Positions 21,927 to 33,617 of a stretch of 64,000 nucleotides of DNA are shown here, piece by piece. The notes beneath the pieces were generated by a model that ran no database searches, was not told the origin of the DNA, and saw only the letters and a program-made list of their open reading frames with translations. Numbering within the stretch: position 1 is the first letter of the stretch; the number at the start of each line of letters is the position of its first letter. The position numbers and the translations under genes are program-made. The stretch is from an uncultured Nitrososphaeraceae archaeon. GTDB lineage: Archaea > Thermoproteota > Nitrososphaeria > Nitrososphaerales > Nitrososphaeraceae. The DNA lies in contig CAVXZB010000038.1 of NCBI GenBank assembly GCA_963765895.1, forward strand, positions 32,001 to 96,000. The letters are read 5' to 3'.

Positions 21927-22355
21927 TTGGCTACTAGACTGTCGGGGAGGCTCCTTATAGTCGATGACGAACCAGATGTTAACATAGCTTTAGCCAAGGT
22001 ATTAGAACGATATGGGTTCACGGTCGATTCGTATCGGAATCCGCTCAGTGCTTTAGATAACTTTAAGCGTCATTATTATGACCTAGCAATTCTGGATATT
22101 AAAATGCCTGGAATGAATGGTTTTTCACTTTATAGGGAAATTAAGAGGCTGGACAAGGGTCTGAAGATCTGTTTTCTTACAGCGGGAGAAATGTATTACG
22201 GAGTTTATTCTGATATACTTTCCTCATTACCAGCCAATCATTTCATACGAAAGCCGATTGAAAATCAAGAGCTTTTGTATCGTATTAACGAAATCCTAGG
22301 AGGTACTGTAGATCTTGCTAAAGGTAATTCATACTGGATTGAGACCATAATTTAA
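21927..22355 (+). CDS. Stand-alone response regulator receiver
   Basis: LLIVDDEPD, DLAILDIKMPGMNG, CFLTA, FIRKP. Confidence 0.92.
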   Translation: MATRLSGRLLIVDDEPDVNIALAKVLERYGFTVDSYRNPLSALDNFKRHYYDLAILDIKMPGMNGFSLYREIKRLDKGLKICFLTAGEMYYGVYSDILSSLPANHFIRKPIENQELLYRINEILGGTVDLAKGNSYWIETII

Positions 22356-22688
22356 GCTTAAAACTAACACAGTTCAGATGTTTTATTTATCAATCTATTG
22401 AAATTTTATTTTTATAGAGTATAAAGCATTACTACCAAACTGAACTAGATTTCATTATATTAATGCGGAAGTGGTTATTGAGCTGCCATTGCAACTGAAC
22501 CCTATTCCACTGATTAGTCATTCTTTACAAGTAAATTATTGATATCTGTCAAGATTATAAATAATACATACAGAATACAACTTTCATAGATTAATTGTAG
22601 GCACCCGACTTCACTATAAGCCATGAACTCGTCCTAGACTAATTCCTATTGTGCTTAAATCTGAAATTATTTAACTGGTCTAGATTAC

Positions 22689-22728
22689 TAATAATAATGA
22701 TGATAATAATAATAATAATAATAATAAT
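22689..22728. repeat. (AAT)n microsatellite
   Basis: TAATAATAATGATGATAATAATAATAATAATAATAATAAT; reads as poly-Asn in the histidine kinase frame. Confidence 0.85.
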
Positions 22729-22818
22729 ATTGATACTAATGCTAATAATGTTAATAAATCTAAGAAACAATCCAATGCCCTTAAATTTGCGACTATATTA
22801 ATTATAATAGAACACCAC

Positions 22819-25066
22819 TTGACAGTTTCACGCGAGAATTTGAATGATATCGAAAGGATTATGGTTTTGCGTGATCCAGACGATATAATAAAGACGTATT
22901 TATCTATACTCAATAATATAAAGGGCAAATGGAGTCATTTTGCAGATATTAATTCAGTTTCACAATTGCCCTTTATGTTTGATAAAATAAGGGAGATAAT
23001 GTTATGCGCTAAAGGAAGTCGCGAAATAAGGCTTAGGTTTATTACTGAAATTACTAAAGATAATCTAGAATTCTGCAAACAGGTTGCCGATACTGTGGAG
23101 GTCAGGCATTTAGAAGGAGTCAAAGGTAACTTTGCAATTAACGATTATGAATACATTTCTGTATCGACAACTGAAAGCCAGTCAGAATTAGAATCACCGG
23201 TAGCAACAAAAACAAGAACAACAACAATTCCATGTGCAGTCTATAGCAACGTGAAAGAAGACATACAACAGCATCAACGGATATTTGAAATTCTATGGAA
23301 CAGGGCAATCCCGGCCAAGCAAATGATTAAGGAGATGGAAGAAGGGAGCATCCAGCTATCAAACCAGGATAATTGATGATAGTCAGGAAATATCTAAGGC
23401 ACTTTATCGTTTATTTGCTAACTCTAATGAATTAGATATTTGTTTAACACCCGGAGGATTGCAATATACTTACGACCATTTCTTTGAAGTGATCAAAAAG
23501 CTTTGGCAGAAGGATCAGCAGGAAGATGGAAAACATAGTGGTATAAGATATGTTACTAGCATCGGTAAAGACGAAGTGGGTTTAGCTAAAAAATTTATGG
23601 ATGCAGGTATACGCATAAGACATGTAAAAAGCCTGCCACCTATGAGCTTTGTAGTGTCAGATAGCGAAATAGCAGCGACCATAGAAAAGATGGAAAGTTT
23701 CAAGATGGTTCAAAGCTTGCTGCTCAGTAGCGAACCAGCTTATGCCAACCATTTTAAAACAATATTTAAAGAGATATGGAAAAACGGAATTGATCTAGAC
23801 GAAAGGATTAACGACATTAAAGCCGGAGCAGACTTATCAGATATTGAAGTTATTCATAGGTCGCCTAGAGCACGAGTTATTTACTTCGACCTGGTAAAGT
23901 CTGCCGAAAAACAAGTACTTCTGCTATTTCCTACAACAGGGGCCTTTATCCGTCAACAGAGGATGGGAGTCATACGATTATGTGAGGAAAGAGCTAAGCA
24001 GGGTAATGTACATGTTAGGATATTATTGCCTGCAGACAAATTAACAGAACAAACTATACAAACTTTGAGACAAGATTATCCTGATCATATCAGTATTAGA
24101 TACATAGAAAAAGCTATAGGTACAAAGGCCACAATTTTAGTTGTTGATAATATGTTTTCCTTGGTGATGGAGCTTAAGGATGACTCAAAACAAACCTTCG
24201 ATGAGGCAATAGGACTATCAACTTATTCTAATAGCAAAGCAGGAGTCTTGTCCTACGCAGCAATATTTGAGAAATTATGGCATCAATCCGAGCTATACGA
24301 TAAAGTCAAGGAAACAAACAGGCTACTTGAATCTGCAAACGCTCGCCTAGAGCTGCATCAAAAGATGCAGCAAGAATTCGTTAATGTGGCGGCACACGAA
24401 CTACGTACTCCGATTCAGCCTATTCTTGGCATGATAGATGTTATTCGCTCAAGAAAAGAACTGACGAATAATGGAGAGCTGAATTCCTATCTCGCTTTAA
24501 TTGACCGGAATGCTCAAAGATTGAAGCGGCTAGCAGAAAACCTTTTAGACGTTGCACGAATAGAGGGCCAGTCACTTGTACTACATAAAGAGCATATAAA
24601 TCTAAACAGGGCAGTCTCCGATACTATTCAAAATGATATTAGGGATCACATCAACTCTAGCAACCGGGTGCCAGTAATTTTTCAGCCCTTTGAAAATGGT
24701 GAAATTATTTATGTGGAAGCAGAAAAGGAGAGAGTTATTCAAGTTATTGCAAATTTGATAAGTAACTCTATCAAGTTTACCAAGGATGGAACTATAGTAG
24801 TTAGTTTGTACAAGAGTACAGATGGTAAGCAAGCGATAGTTAGCATTAAGGACAGTGGTACTGGTATAGATCAAGAAATCTTTCCAAGGCTATTTGGTAA
24901 ATTTGCTACAAATTCATTCCAAGGTACAGGCTTGGGACTGTTTATCTCCAAAAACATTATCGAAGGGCACGGAGGCAAAATTTGGGCTCAAAACAATAGT
25001 GATGGTATAGGAGCTACATTTGCCTTTAGTTTACCGTTAGCTAATAAGATTACGACTATCAGATAA
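22819..25066 (+). pseudogene. Cytoplasmic sensor histidine kinase, split by a frameshift near 23350-23400
   Basis: ORFs 22819-23376 and 23459-25066; H-box EFVNVAAHELRTPIQPILG, N-box QVIANLISNSIKFT, DSGTGID, GTGLGLFISKNIIEGHGGKIWA; no TM; repeated R.IT.I.K..../F..LW..A N-terminal units. Confidence 0.88.
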
Positions 25067-25784
25067 ACTAGTAATAGAATCGTGCCCATCGTTATCAGAA
25101 ATCATCATATTCATATGTTGTTTTATATAATTTCATCCTGAATCGATAACGTACGTCTCAGGTACACAACTGGTAAAGATCTTAGCAACTTGAGTGAGTT
25201 TATTTTCTCGCTGCTTCCTAAAACTTAATATCTTTTGGTTGTACCCACGTCGTAGTTATTATAATAAATGTATTCAATTTACAGTATTGCTTTCACTCCT
25301 AAGCAGGTGGGGTTTTAGCTATTTTTACGTGTACCTGAAATAGTATCCCTATTATAGTAATAGCATAGATAAATAAATTGTTTTATACATCTACGTCGTT
25401 ATGATGTTCTATATAGATACCGTGCATTTATTCGTCTATACTTAGAACTAAATGAAGGACTATAACCAAGTTACTACTAAGATAATTGACAGCTCGCCGT
25501 CTAACCTGCTGACGGTTATAGTCGGACAGATAAGCAGAGTACGTTACTGAGATCAAACATTTGCTAGTTAGGTTAGATGTTGTTAGATCTGTCATATCAA
25601 ATTTCACTATCCACTCAAATAGCCTAAAGTCTGTGGAGTATAAACTTGCAATCATAATTCTTGCCGGGAAAATTAGTCAGAATTATACTGAAAACTCCTG
25701 AGTTCACACACTGGCAGTAAATGTTTGTACAGATCCATTCCTTATTGAGAAGTCTTAATTGGGATATTGTATATTTTATTCACT

Positions 25785-26915
25785 ATGAAATATTATCTTC
25801 TTGGTAAGAGCGGGCTACGGGTTTCTGAAATCTGTCTTGGGACGATGACCTTTGGAGAAGAATGGGGATGGGGCTCGCCCAAAGAAGAAAGTCGAGAAGT
25901 ATTCAAAAAATATGCTGATTCTGGTGGAAATTTTATCGATACTGCTAGTAATTACACGGCCGGGACTAGCGAAAAGTACCTAGGCGAGTTTATTGCTGAA
26001 GATAGAGACAGATTCGTGATAGCGACTAAATACACATCAAATATCAGAGCAGGCGATCCTAATGCTGGTGGAAATCAACGTAAGAATCTGATGCAATCGT
26101 TGGAAAGGAGCCTAAAGAGTCTAAATACCGACTATATTGACCTTTATTGGATTCATGCCTGGGACAAGATGACCCCAATAGAAGAGACGATGCGTGCTCT
26201 TGATGATATGGTCAAATTAGGTAAAGTATTGTATATCGGGGTTTCGGACGCACCAGCTTGGATCGTATCTCAAGCCAATACCCTTGCACATCTCCGAGGC
26301 TGGACAGAATTTATCGGCATCCAGATTGAATATAGCTTAATCGAACGAACCTCCGAACGCGAGCTTCTTCCTATGGCAAGGGCGCTAGACATCGGAGTAA
26401 CTGCTTGGTCTCCATTAGGAGGAGGGGTACTAACTGGTAAATATAATAATACAAGTGGAGCACAAGTGACCAAAGGAAAGGAAGATGCTGGCTCTAGTAA
26501 CACTGACAGCATCAATAGTAAAAGCAGGCTAGATATAGCACGGAGGTCAGGAATGGCAGAGTTGGCAGATATGATGCTGACTGAGCGAAATCTTCTAATC
26601 GCAGAGGAAGTTCTCAAGATTTCTAAAGAGATTGGACACTCTCCTGCTCAAGTAGCTCTAAATTGGGTTAGACAGCAAAATACATTCCAGAAACTTCCAA
26701 ACAAAATAATACCAATAATAGGTGCCCGAAATACAAAACATTTGGATGACAATTTGGCATGTGTGGATTTTGAACTGTCTGATAAGCAAATGCAAAGATT
26801 AAATGAAATTAGCAGAATTGAACTAGGATTTCCACACGATTTCCTCGCCTCAGAGTTTATTCAGAATGTACTTTATGGTGGGACTTACAATTCAACTCAT
26901 AGCCATAGAAAATAA
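25785..26915 (+). CDS. Aldo/keto reductase
   Basis: LGKSGLRVSEICLGTMTFG, GGNFIDTA..Y, IATKY, DYIDLYWIH, WSPLGGGVLTGKY, IPIIGAR. Confidence 0.95.
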   Translation: MKYYLLGKSGLRVSEICLGTMTFGEEWGWGSPKEESREVFKKYADSGGNFIDTASNYTAGTSEKYLGEFIAEDRDRFVIATKYTSNIRAGDPNAGGNQRKNLMQSLERSLKSLNTDYIDLYWIHAWDKMTPIEETMRALDDMVKLGKVLYIGVSDAPAWIVSQANTLAHLRGWTEFIGIQIEYSLIERTSERELLPMARALDIGVTAWSPLGGGVLTGKYNNTSGAQVTKGKEDAGSSNTDSINSKSRLDIARRSGMAELADMMLTERNLLIAEEVLKISKEIGHSPAQVALNWVRQQNTFQKLPNKIIPIIGARNTKHLDDNLACVDFELSDKQMQRLNEISRIELGFPHDFLASEFIQNVLYGGTYNSTHSHRK

Positions 26916-27412
26916 TCTTGTCGTAAAAGACCTCGGCACAAACGAAAGTGCAAATGAATAAATTCATTTCATTTACAGTATTCTTATTTTTGTCATGCCT
27001 AGCGAACGCTACTCCTTACGTATGACTCTCAAGTTAACAATAATAACTCAATCGATTCAGTGTCAGCTAAAATACCTGCATTAGAATTAATTAAAAAAAT
27101 TAGGTAGCCTAGACAAATAGTGGTTAGTCAGGTTAGATAGTATTCGCTGCACGGCCCAGTATTTACCTCAATTCCCCTAGATGGTCGGCAAATGGATTTG
27201 ACCAGGTTTGCTATAATGGAGGTCACCGTTAGAATACAATTCATTTGGAATTATACACGATTCGCTGGATGGTTATAACCTAGATTCGTAGTCTCTGCTT
27301 TATTCTATGTATGAGGAAGAACATCAACATCAAGAATATTCACGTAACCTCGAACAGTAAGTAGAGGGGATTTAAATTTCTGTAGCTAGTCAGCCAGTCG
27401 TTAAAGCTCATT

Positions 27413-28288
27413 TCAGCTGGTTTTCTTATTCAAAAATGATAACATCATCTTTAGCCTATCTTCATGTGCAAAACATAATGACCAGCCATATTTTTCTAAC
27501 TCGAGACCGGAACTAATATCCAGATCTGACGCTTTATTAATTAACATCTTACTTATTGTCACCGCGTTCAGGCTATTCTTCGAAATCATCCTTGCTAATT
27601 CGATGCATTCATCTATCAATTTCTTTTTCAGTAGTTTAGCGGCTGCCAGCCTGTTATCTGCAACAGAATACTTTTCGTCTGTATTGTTGATATTATCCTG
27701 TGGTTCAGCTCCCTGTTCTGATTCCGTCACTATATTCACTAGCTTATTGACCAGTCCAGTTTGAAGGGCTTCATCAGCCCCAATCATCCTACCTGTATAA
27801 ATCAACTCTTTTGCTTTGGAAACTCTTAGTAACCTCAGCATCCTTTGTGTCCCTCCCCATCCAGGAGGTATTCCTACCTTCACTTCAGTCTGGCCTATTT
27901 TTGCATTACTAGATGCGATTCTGATATCACAAGCCAGAGCTATCTCGCATCCGCCTCCAAGAGCATAGCCATTGATTGCAGCAATAACAGGCCTTGGCAA
28001 ATTTTCTATTTTATTTAGAAGATTATGAATTGTAGTTGCATATCGTTCAGCCTCAATCGGACTTAGATTTACTACATAGTTCAGGTCTGCACCAGCGCAA
28101 AATGACCTTTCTCCTGCTCCAGTAATAATCACCGCCCTAATGTTATCATCCAAACCAACTGCATCAATGGTGTTTGAAAGTTCTGCAATTACATCTATAT
28201 TAATGGCGTTTAATACTTCAGGCCTATTAATTTTTATGATGACGATACCATTATTATCGTCCAATCGCTCAGTTTCAATAAGGGTCAT
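27413..28288 (-). CDS. Enoyl-CoA hydratase/crotonase (3-hydroxypropionyl-CoA dehydratase/crotonyl-CoA hydratase-like)
   Basis: INRPEVLNA, SFCAGADL, PVIAAINGYALGGGCEIALACDIRIAS, GQTEVKVGIPPGWGGTQR; about 35-aa polar insertion near the C-terminus. Confidence 0.92.
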   Translation of the reverse strand: MTLIETERLDDNNGIVIIKINRPEVLNAINIDVIAELSNTIDAVGLDDNIRAVIITGAGERSFCAGADLNYVVNLSPIEAERYATTIHNLLNKIENLPRPVIAAINGYALGGGCEIALACDIRIASSNAKIGQTEVKVGIPPGWGGTQRMLRLLRVSKAKELIYTGRMIGADEALQTGLVNKLVNIVTESEQGAEPQDNINNTDEKYSVADNRLAAAKLLKKKLIDECIELARMISKNSLNAVTISKMLINKASDLDISSGLELEKYGWSLCFAHEDRLKMMLSFLNKKTS

Positions 28289-28366
28289 CGTTAATCAATA
28301 ACGAGAACGAGACCTAAATTAAGGTGGTGTTTGAATATACAACATCAGTCTAGCATCTAAGAATTT

Positions 28367-28401
28367 TAAATTAAATTAAAAATAGACTAAATTAAATTAA
28401 A
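28367..28401. repeat. 14-bp direct repeat upstream of the crotonase gene
   Basis: TAAATTAAATTAAA at 28367-28380 and 28388-28401 (21-bp period). Confidence 0.5.
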
Positions 28402-28593
28402 CTAATAATAACCGAATAGGGCTTCAAACTGTCTATCTATTTATCAGATTCTGAACTAGTTCCTACTCAAACAAGAAACAAAAAAAGGGGTAAAATATTG
28501 GGCGAAATAAGCAATTGACAAAGATCTAACGCAATTATTAATACAACTTCCTAGTAATGACCATTAGCTATACCGGAAGTCGTACATAACACA

Positions 28594-28893
28594 TTACTCT
28601 TCTGTAGTACTACTTGAAGTAGCAGGTGCTTCTACTATTACCGGTTCTGCAGTGGCAAACCGATCTCCTACTGAATTTATCTTGACTTTTACTGTATCTT
28701 GTCCTACTTTTCCATTCTTAACAAAGACTACAAATCCCTGTATCCTAGCGATACCATCGCCTCTACTACCTGTTTCAGTAATCTTTACATCGTACTCTTT
28801 ACCTGTCTGTACAGGTTTTTCGAAGCCACCACCGCGATAGCTATTATTATTATAGCCGCCGCCATAGCCTCTTCCGCTTCTTCCGTAACTCAT
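28594..28893 (-). CDS. Single TRAM-domain RNA-binding protein with Gly/Arg-rich N-terminus
   Basis: KPVQTGKEYDVKITETGSRGDGIARIQGFVVFVKNGKVGQ.VKVKI..VG.RFATAE. Confidence 0.93.
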   Translation of the reverse strand: MSYGRSGRGYGGGYNNNSYRGGGFEKPVQTGKEYDVKITETGSRGDGIARIQGFVVFVKNGKVGQDTVKVKINSVGDRFATAEPVIVEAPATSSSTTEE

Positions 28894-29320
28894 TAATTAT
28901 TCAAAGCTAAGTATCAACCAAGCTAATAAGAATCAATGCCTATAGAATTGCCAGTATAATGGCGTCGTTATGATAATATTGGTTAATTTAGCGCTGTTCT
29001 CCTTATCTATAAGAATAATCATGATGGGCCGCAAACCATTGTTCGTTGTAGCTCATGCATTAGATTAGTCTATTGGCACAAAATGTAAACATGAACGCCA
29101 GCTCATTTACTCAAAAGAGGTGTATCTGTGCTCAAAGGAAACTGGATCTATTAGATTGTGTGAAGTATAGGAAACATTTTCCCTACTAATACAAAAAGAT
29201 GACATCACATCCGTAAAGGTTGGGAACAGAAACGCAAATCTCTGACATTATTAGCTTTTCAAACGCCGTGTTACGTTATACATATGAAGAGCTTATCCAA
29301 GTGCTGGAGGCCTACTTGCA

Positions 29321-29346
29321 TACTTTACTTACTTACTTACTTACTT
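29321..29346. repeat. (TTAC)n microsatellite
   Basis: TACTTTACTTACTTACTTACTTACTT. Confidence 0.7.
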
Positions 29347-29695
29347 TTGGCTTTGGTATCACTCCATATTTCGTAGTGATACCCACCTAGTAGCGATGAG
29401 TAATAGATAGATACTGATTCTTTGTCAAAGGTAGTAATCGTGTCATCGAAGAGTGTGTTGTGGCCCATAATATATGCCAAAGTAAGGTTGGATTTTAACG
29501 GGTTTTAAAGTGCTCGGCGGATAATATGAGAGATGGAATACAGATTTACTTACATTTACTTAATATGAAATGATAAATTATCTTCATGGTTACACAATAG
29601 AAAATCTGAACGTACCAGACAAATAATTTTCCATTATATTTCTAGTACTGAGTGAATTCTATAGGAAAAAAGGATAGGATCAAAAATTGTGGCTG

Positions 29696-30142
29696 TCATC
29701 TCATGGTCGTTGTCGGTAACGTTGTGGTCTTGCCAAAGAATGACTTAACGTAGGGTCTATAGATATAATAGAGTATGATTGCGTTGATAACGACGTTGAA
29801 TATGGCTCCTACATTCCCTGTCACAATTGAAACAAGTCCTAACGCTATTCCAATATAAGCTAGTAAGACAGTGATAGTCCATGCCCATCCTCTTCCTTTT
29901 AATAAGCCGTAAGCCATAACAAAATATGCTAGACCCAAAGCCAATAGGGCAACACCTGCCCCCACCGACCAGCCAACTAATATTGTGTGAGATATTCCTG
30001 AGGATCCTGTATTAGTAACTGTTAAAAACGGAGCGATAGTTGCTGCCGTAATTCCATTTGCAAGAAATGCTATACCACCAATTATGGTAAGTACTGCTAA
30101 TATAGTAACACCGAACGGTCTGTGTTTATTTTCCTGTTGCAT
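29696..30142 (-). CDS. 4-TM membrane protein
   Basis: RPFGVTILAVL, AYGLLKGRGWAW, YYIYRPYVKSFFG motifs of a widespread small membrane family. Confidence 0.85.
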   Translation of the reverse strand: MQQENKHRPFGVTILAVLTIIGGIAFLANGITAATIAPFLTVTNTGSSGISHTILVGWSVGAGVALLALGLAYFVMAYGLLKGRGWAWTITVLLAYIGIALGLVSIVTGNVGAIFNVVINAIILYYIYRPYVKSFFGKTTTLPTTTMR

Positions 30143-30468
30143 AATAGTACACTTGCGACATTCATATATTTAATGAGTGGGAGTTCTTTGCAACTAAGTC
30201 CACATAATAATTACATTGCAATTGGCATATAATCTTTTAACAAAAATATGAGGACATTTAAGATGCAAATAAAAGGTCATTGAAACTAATGCAAACCAAT
30301 AATTGAGAGAAATTCGTGACACGTGAGACGGGCGGAATATGTCCTATTAATCCATTGATGAAACTCGTGCGTTTTTTGGCTGTGATGGAGTTATGAACTT
30401 CCTACCATATATCATGGATTTATGACACCCTGTAAGCTTTTATTGAATCCGCGAAAAATCGTGGCTAT

Positions 30469-30591
30469 TCATTTCTGTTCTTCGAATTTTTTACAATTAC
30501 ATGCCCAATCTCCGCTACCATAGCACTTCATATCCGTGGTTCCGATTCCTTCATGATCAACTTCTTCGTGTCCACAATTAGAACAGACCAT
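30469..30591 (-). CDS. 40-aa Cys/His-rich (zinc-binding) microprotein
   Basis: Hand translation MVCSNCGHEEVDHEGIGTTDMKCYGSGDWACNCKKFEEQK*; GGAGGAGG 10 nt upstream of ATG. Confidence 0.7.
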   Translation of the reverse strand: MVCSNCGHEEVDHEGIGTTDMKCYGSGDWACNCKKFEEQK

Positions 30592-30956
30592 TTGTATTAT
30601 TCCTCCTCCCGATATACTTCCTGCGGAGTTAAATGCTCTTGGTTAGATACCTAATTTAGTTTAAATCAAATGTGGAAAAAGCTTGCTCGATAATGCTGTG
30701 CATTATAGCATGACTAAATCTAGCACAGTTATCCTGATAATACTAATCTGCAATTGTAATGCGAGCATTGCATACTCTGCACTATTCTCTTACTATCTAC
30801 CTTCCTTATCATTAACAAAACAAAAAAGCTTGCTATCGCATCTAATTCAGGCCCAACTGCCAACAAGATTCTTCATACAAATCCCAGCTTTAGATGGCTT
30901 AACGATAGTGGTAAGATCGTAATAATGGCTAACAAATAGTCAATATATTATCATTA

Positions 30957-31313
30957 TTATTGTAAGGCATCGTCTCCAAACTCTTTTGACCCGATATCAT
31001 AAGCTTCAGAAATATCTTTAACAAAGATTTTACCATCTGAGGCTGAGCCTGTACTTAAATTTTTAACAAGATCCTGAACAACCTGTTTTGCCAGCGGATC
31101 TGATACTAATACATCGATCTTAGTTCTACTCCCGAATTCTGGAGCGTATTTCTTTCCGTAATTGTACACGTCTGTGACAACCGTAGCTTCTCTTTTCACA
31201 CGACCTCTGCCTTTTATATCATAAAACATCATTCCACCAACCTTATGTTTATACAGAATGGCATTCACATCAGCGAGTCTTTCATGTGCAACAACGACCT
31301 CAATTTGCTTCAT
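30957..31313 (-). CDS. glnB: P-II family nitrogen regulatory protein
   Basis: MKQIEVVV, VGGM...DIKGRG, KIDVLV, STGSASDGKIFV, GDDAL; ATG at 31313 preferred. Confidence 0.88.
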   Translation of the reverse strand: MKQIEVVVAHERLADVNAILYKHKVGGMMFYDIKGRGRVKREATVVTDVYNYGKKYAPEFGSRTKIDVLVSDPLAKQVVQDLVKNLSTGSASDGKIFVKDISEAYDIGSKEFGDDALQ

Positions 31314-31939
31314 ATTATCAATTCTAAATCCCAAGTAGATAACTAAGTCTAAGCAGCTCTGTCTACAAATCATAACTGCATTTTGATGCGGCAGCATGAT
31401 AAACAAGGAAAAGATCAATAATGCAATAATCCTTACAATACCAATGCAACTTTTAATTGATACCTTATTTTTTTAGCCTTGCCTCAAATCCTGAATCAGT
31501 GTTGCGAGGCAATTCAACTAACCTGAAGAATAATGTGCACTAGACTACCAATAACCTGGTGTTCATGTAAGAGAGAATAGAAGGAGAAAATTAGTTAGTG
31601 TTCATTGTTTTATCCTATCTCACACAGCCAGTAAAGTATGGAGATTTGAAAATCAGTTGGCAATTAAATCAAGAACTGGGAAACTGAAACAGTATCAAAA
31701 ATCGTATCAGTGAGATAAGCCATGCATTTGATATATGTTAGCCAAACAAAATATTTTCTGACACGAAGTTGGGCTGCAGAAATAGCAAAGTCATGGCACG
31801 ACTGATCCAGGAGACACTGATTACGTATAAAAAGAAAGTAGGAATTTACCTTGAATCAGTATATCAGTATTTCTACATACCTGTATGTAGGACGATAATT
31901 TGGGATATTCTCTAATTAGAACCGACCCCATTAAAATTC

Positions 31940-32446
31940 TTACGCAATTTTTTCTGTATCGACAACAAAATCCAATGTGTTATCATTTACATCAAACTCC
32001 ACTCTTTTTAATCCAAACTCTTCAAACAAGAATCTATATTGTTCAGCCATATAAAGCGACCAATTCATTCCCATATCATGTTGTATAACATAAGAATGTC
32101 GATTGTAGCTGACTTCGTGTCTATATGGATGACCTGAAATTTTAATCCAAGTTTCTATCACATCTAAAGCCGACTCAATATTGTATTCACTCCTTAGAAG
32201 AAGTACAAAATCCTTGGTTTCTTTCTTTGCTATGTATTTGGCAATTAATGATATCTCTTTCTCCGGAAGCCTATTTATGAGGTCAATTAGCAGTCCTCTT
32301 CTTACATTTACAAATCCAGCTTTTGCTGCATTAGAATGCCAATCTATATGTCTTCTTATTAAATGACTTACTAATGTATTAACGCTGATATCCTTCTGTT
32401 CTGCTTCCCGTCGTAGTTTATCTAAAATAATTCCGTCTAACCGCAA
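31940..32446 (-). CDS. Ribbon-helix-helix-type regulator with C-terminal domain
   Basis: (SESIT)LRLD..IL.KLRREAEQKDISVNTLVSHLI RHH-like N-terminus; IQHDMG.NWSLY; true start likely near 32523 across a frameshift. Confidence 0.75.
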   Translation of the reverse strand: MRLDGIILDKLRREAEQKDISVNTLVSHLIRRHIDWHSNAAKAGFVNVRRGLLIDLINRLPEKEISLIAKYIAKKETKDFVLLLRSEYNIESALDVIETWIKISGHPYRHEVSYNRHSYVIQHDMGMNWSLYMAEQYRFLFEEFGLKRVEFDVNDNTLDFVVDTEKIA

Positions 32447-33342
32447 GGTTATACTTTCACTTCGATGTGGCTGAAATTTTGACTCCTTTTTTTCTGATAG
32501 ATTGGTAATTGTCTCTCAATCATAGTAATGTCAAAGTTCAATAAATTATTTTATGTCAATTTATTATTATACTATCTTATCTAATATCATCGCAGGATAA
32601 GTATCTGTTAAAAATCTCGCCCTAACCAAGAATATGCAAAAAATCATATCCGTGTCCTAAGTTTAGCCGACCATTTGTTATCACTGCTATTAGATCTAAT
32701 TTTCTTGACCGTGGTATACAGACAAAATGACGTCAAAATGATTCTTAAATTCTTGAAGACATTTTTTTAGCTTTCCATCTATCCATATTGAAAAGAAGGA
32801 AAGAAATGCTATGTAAATAAGAGAAAAAGGCCAGAGCTATGGGGAAAACAGATATGAAAAGCATATGTGTATATCCCACGATCGGTCTAGCAACCTTCGA
32901 CAGTAAAAGAAGCCAATATAACTACAATAGGGTTGATAAAGTTAACTGATTTGTATCTTCGGTTATGAACATGCTTACTGTCGATTCCGTAAGAGAGATG
33001 CGACCTTATAAATAGTTCAAGAAACAGTTACACGAAGCAATTCAGATTAAAATCAAAGCGAGCTTAAGCAGTCCCTAATTGACTGAATATTCGAAATAGC
33101 TTATTTTTGAGGACGGCAAACGAATCTTGTATTCTGAATCTAAGAATTGTAATAACTTATCTCCCAACTGAATGATTTATGCTCATTATGCAATATGAAT
33201 AAAGTATTTTTAAATAAATATTAAAAAGAGGAAAATCTTTTATCCATGACAGATGTTACAGTATGCTGATGCAAATAAAGGGATTTAGTGATATAAGGTA
33301 CTGCTTACCTAGCGTCATTATCGAGTAAACGGTTAATATTTA

Positions 33343-33617
33343 ATGGTCAATCTTGAAACGATACTTTTTCCTCAGATTAGTGACAAAAAAATTACATTAG
33401 TACTCATTATAACAATTGCTTTTTTTGCTAATAGACACAATGATAAATAACGTTTCAGACTTTCTAGTCCCTCAGTCAACGTCCAAATGGGGTGTTACAT
33501 TTTTTGTTATGTTAGCAATTGTATTTGCTATATCTCAATATTTATTACTTAGATTTGTATGATGGAAGACAAAAAATATAAGATCAAAATCCCTCCTTAT
33601 TGATGGTTTACTCTAAT
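33343..33617 (+). pseudogene. Decayed N-terminus of a paralogue of the 10847-12244 membrane protein
   Basis: MVNLETILFPQISDKKITLVLIITIA / LLIDTMINNVSDFLVPQSTSKWGVTFFVMLAIVFAISQYLLLRFV* aligns with EISKKSSIIFIL..LVVIDTTIV...TSWNVIIFVIF; frameshift and stops. Confidence 0.6.
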
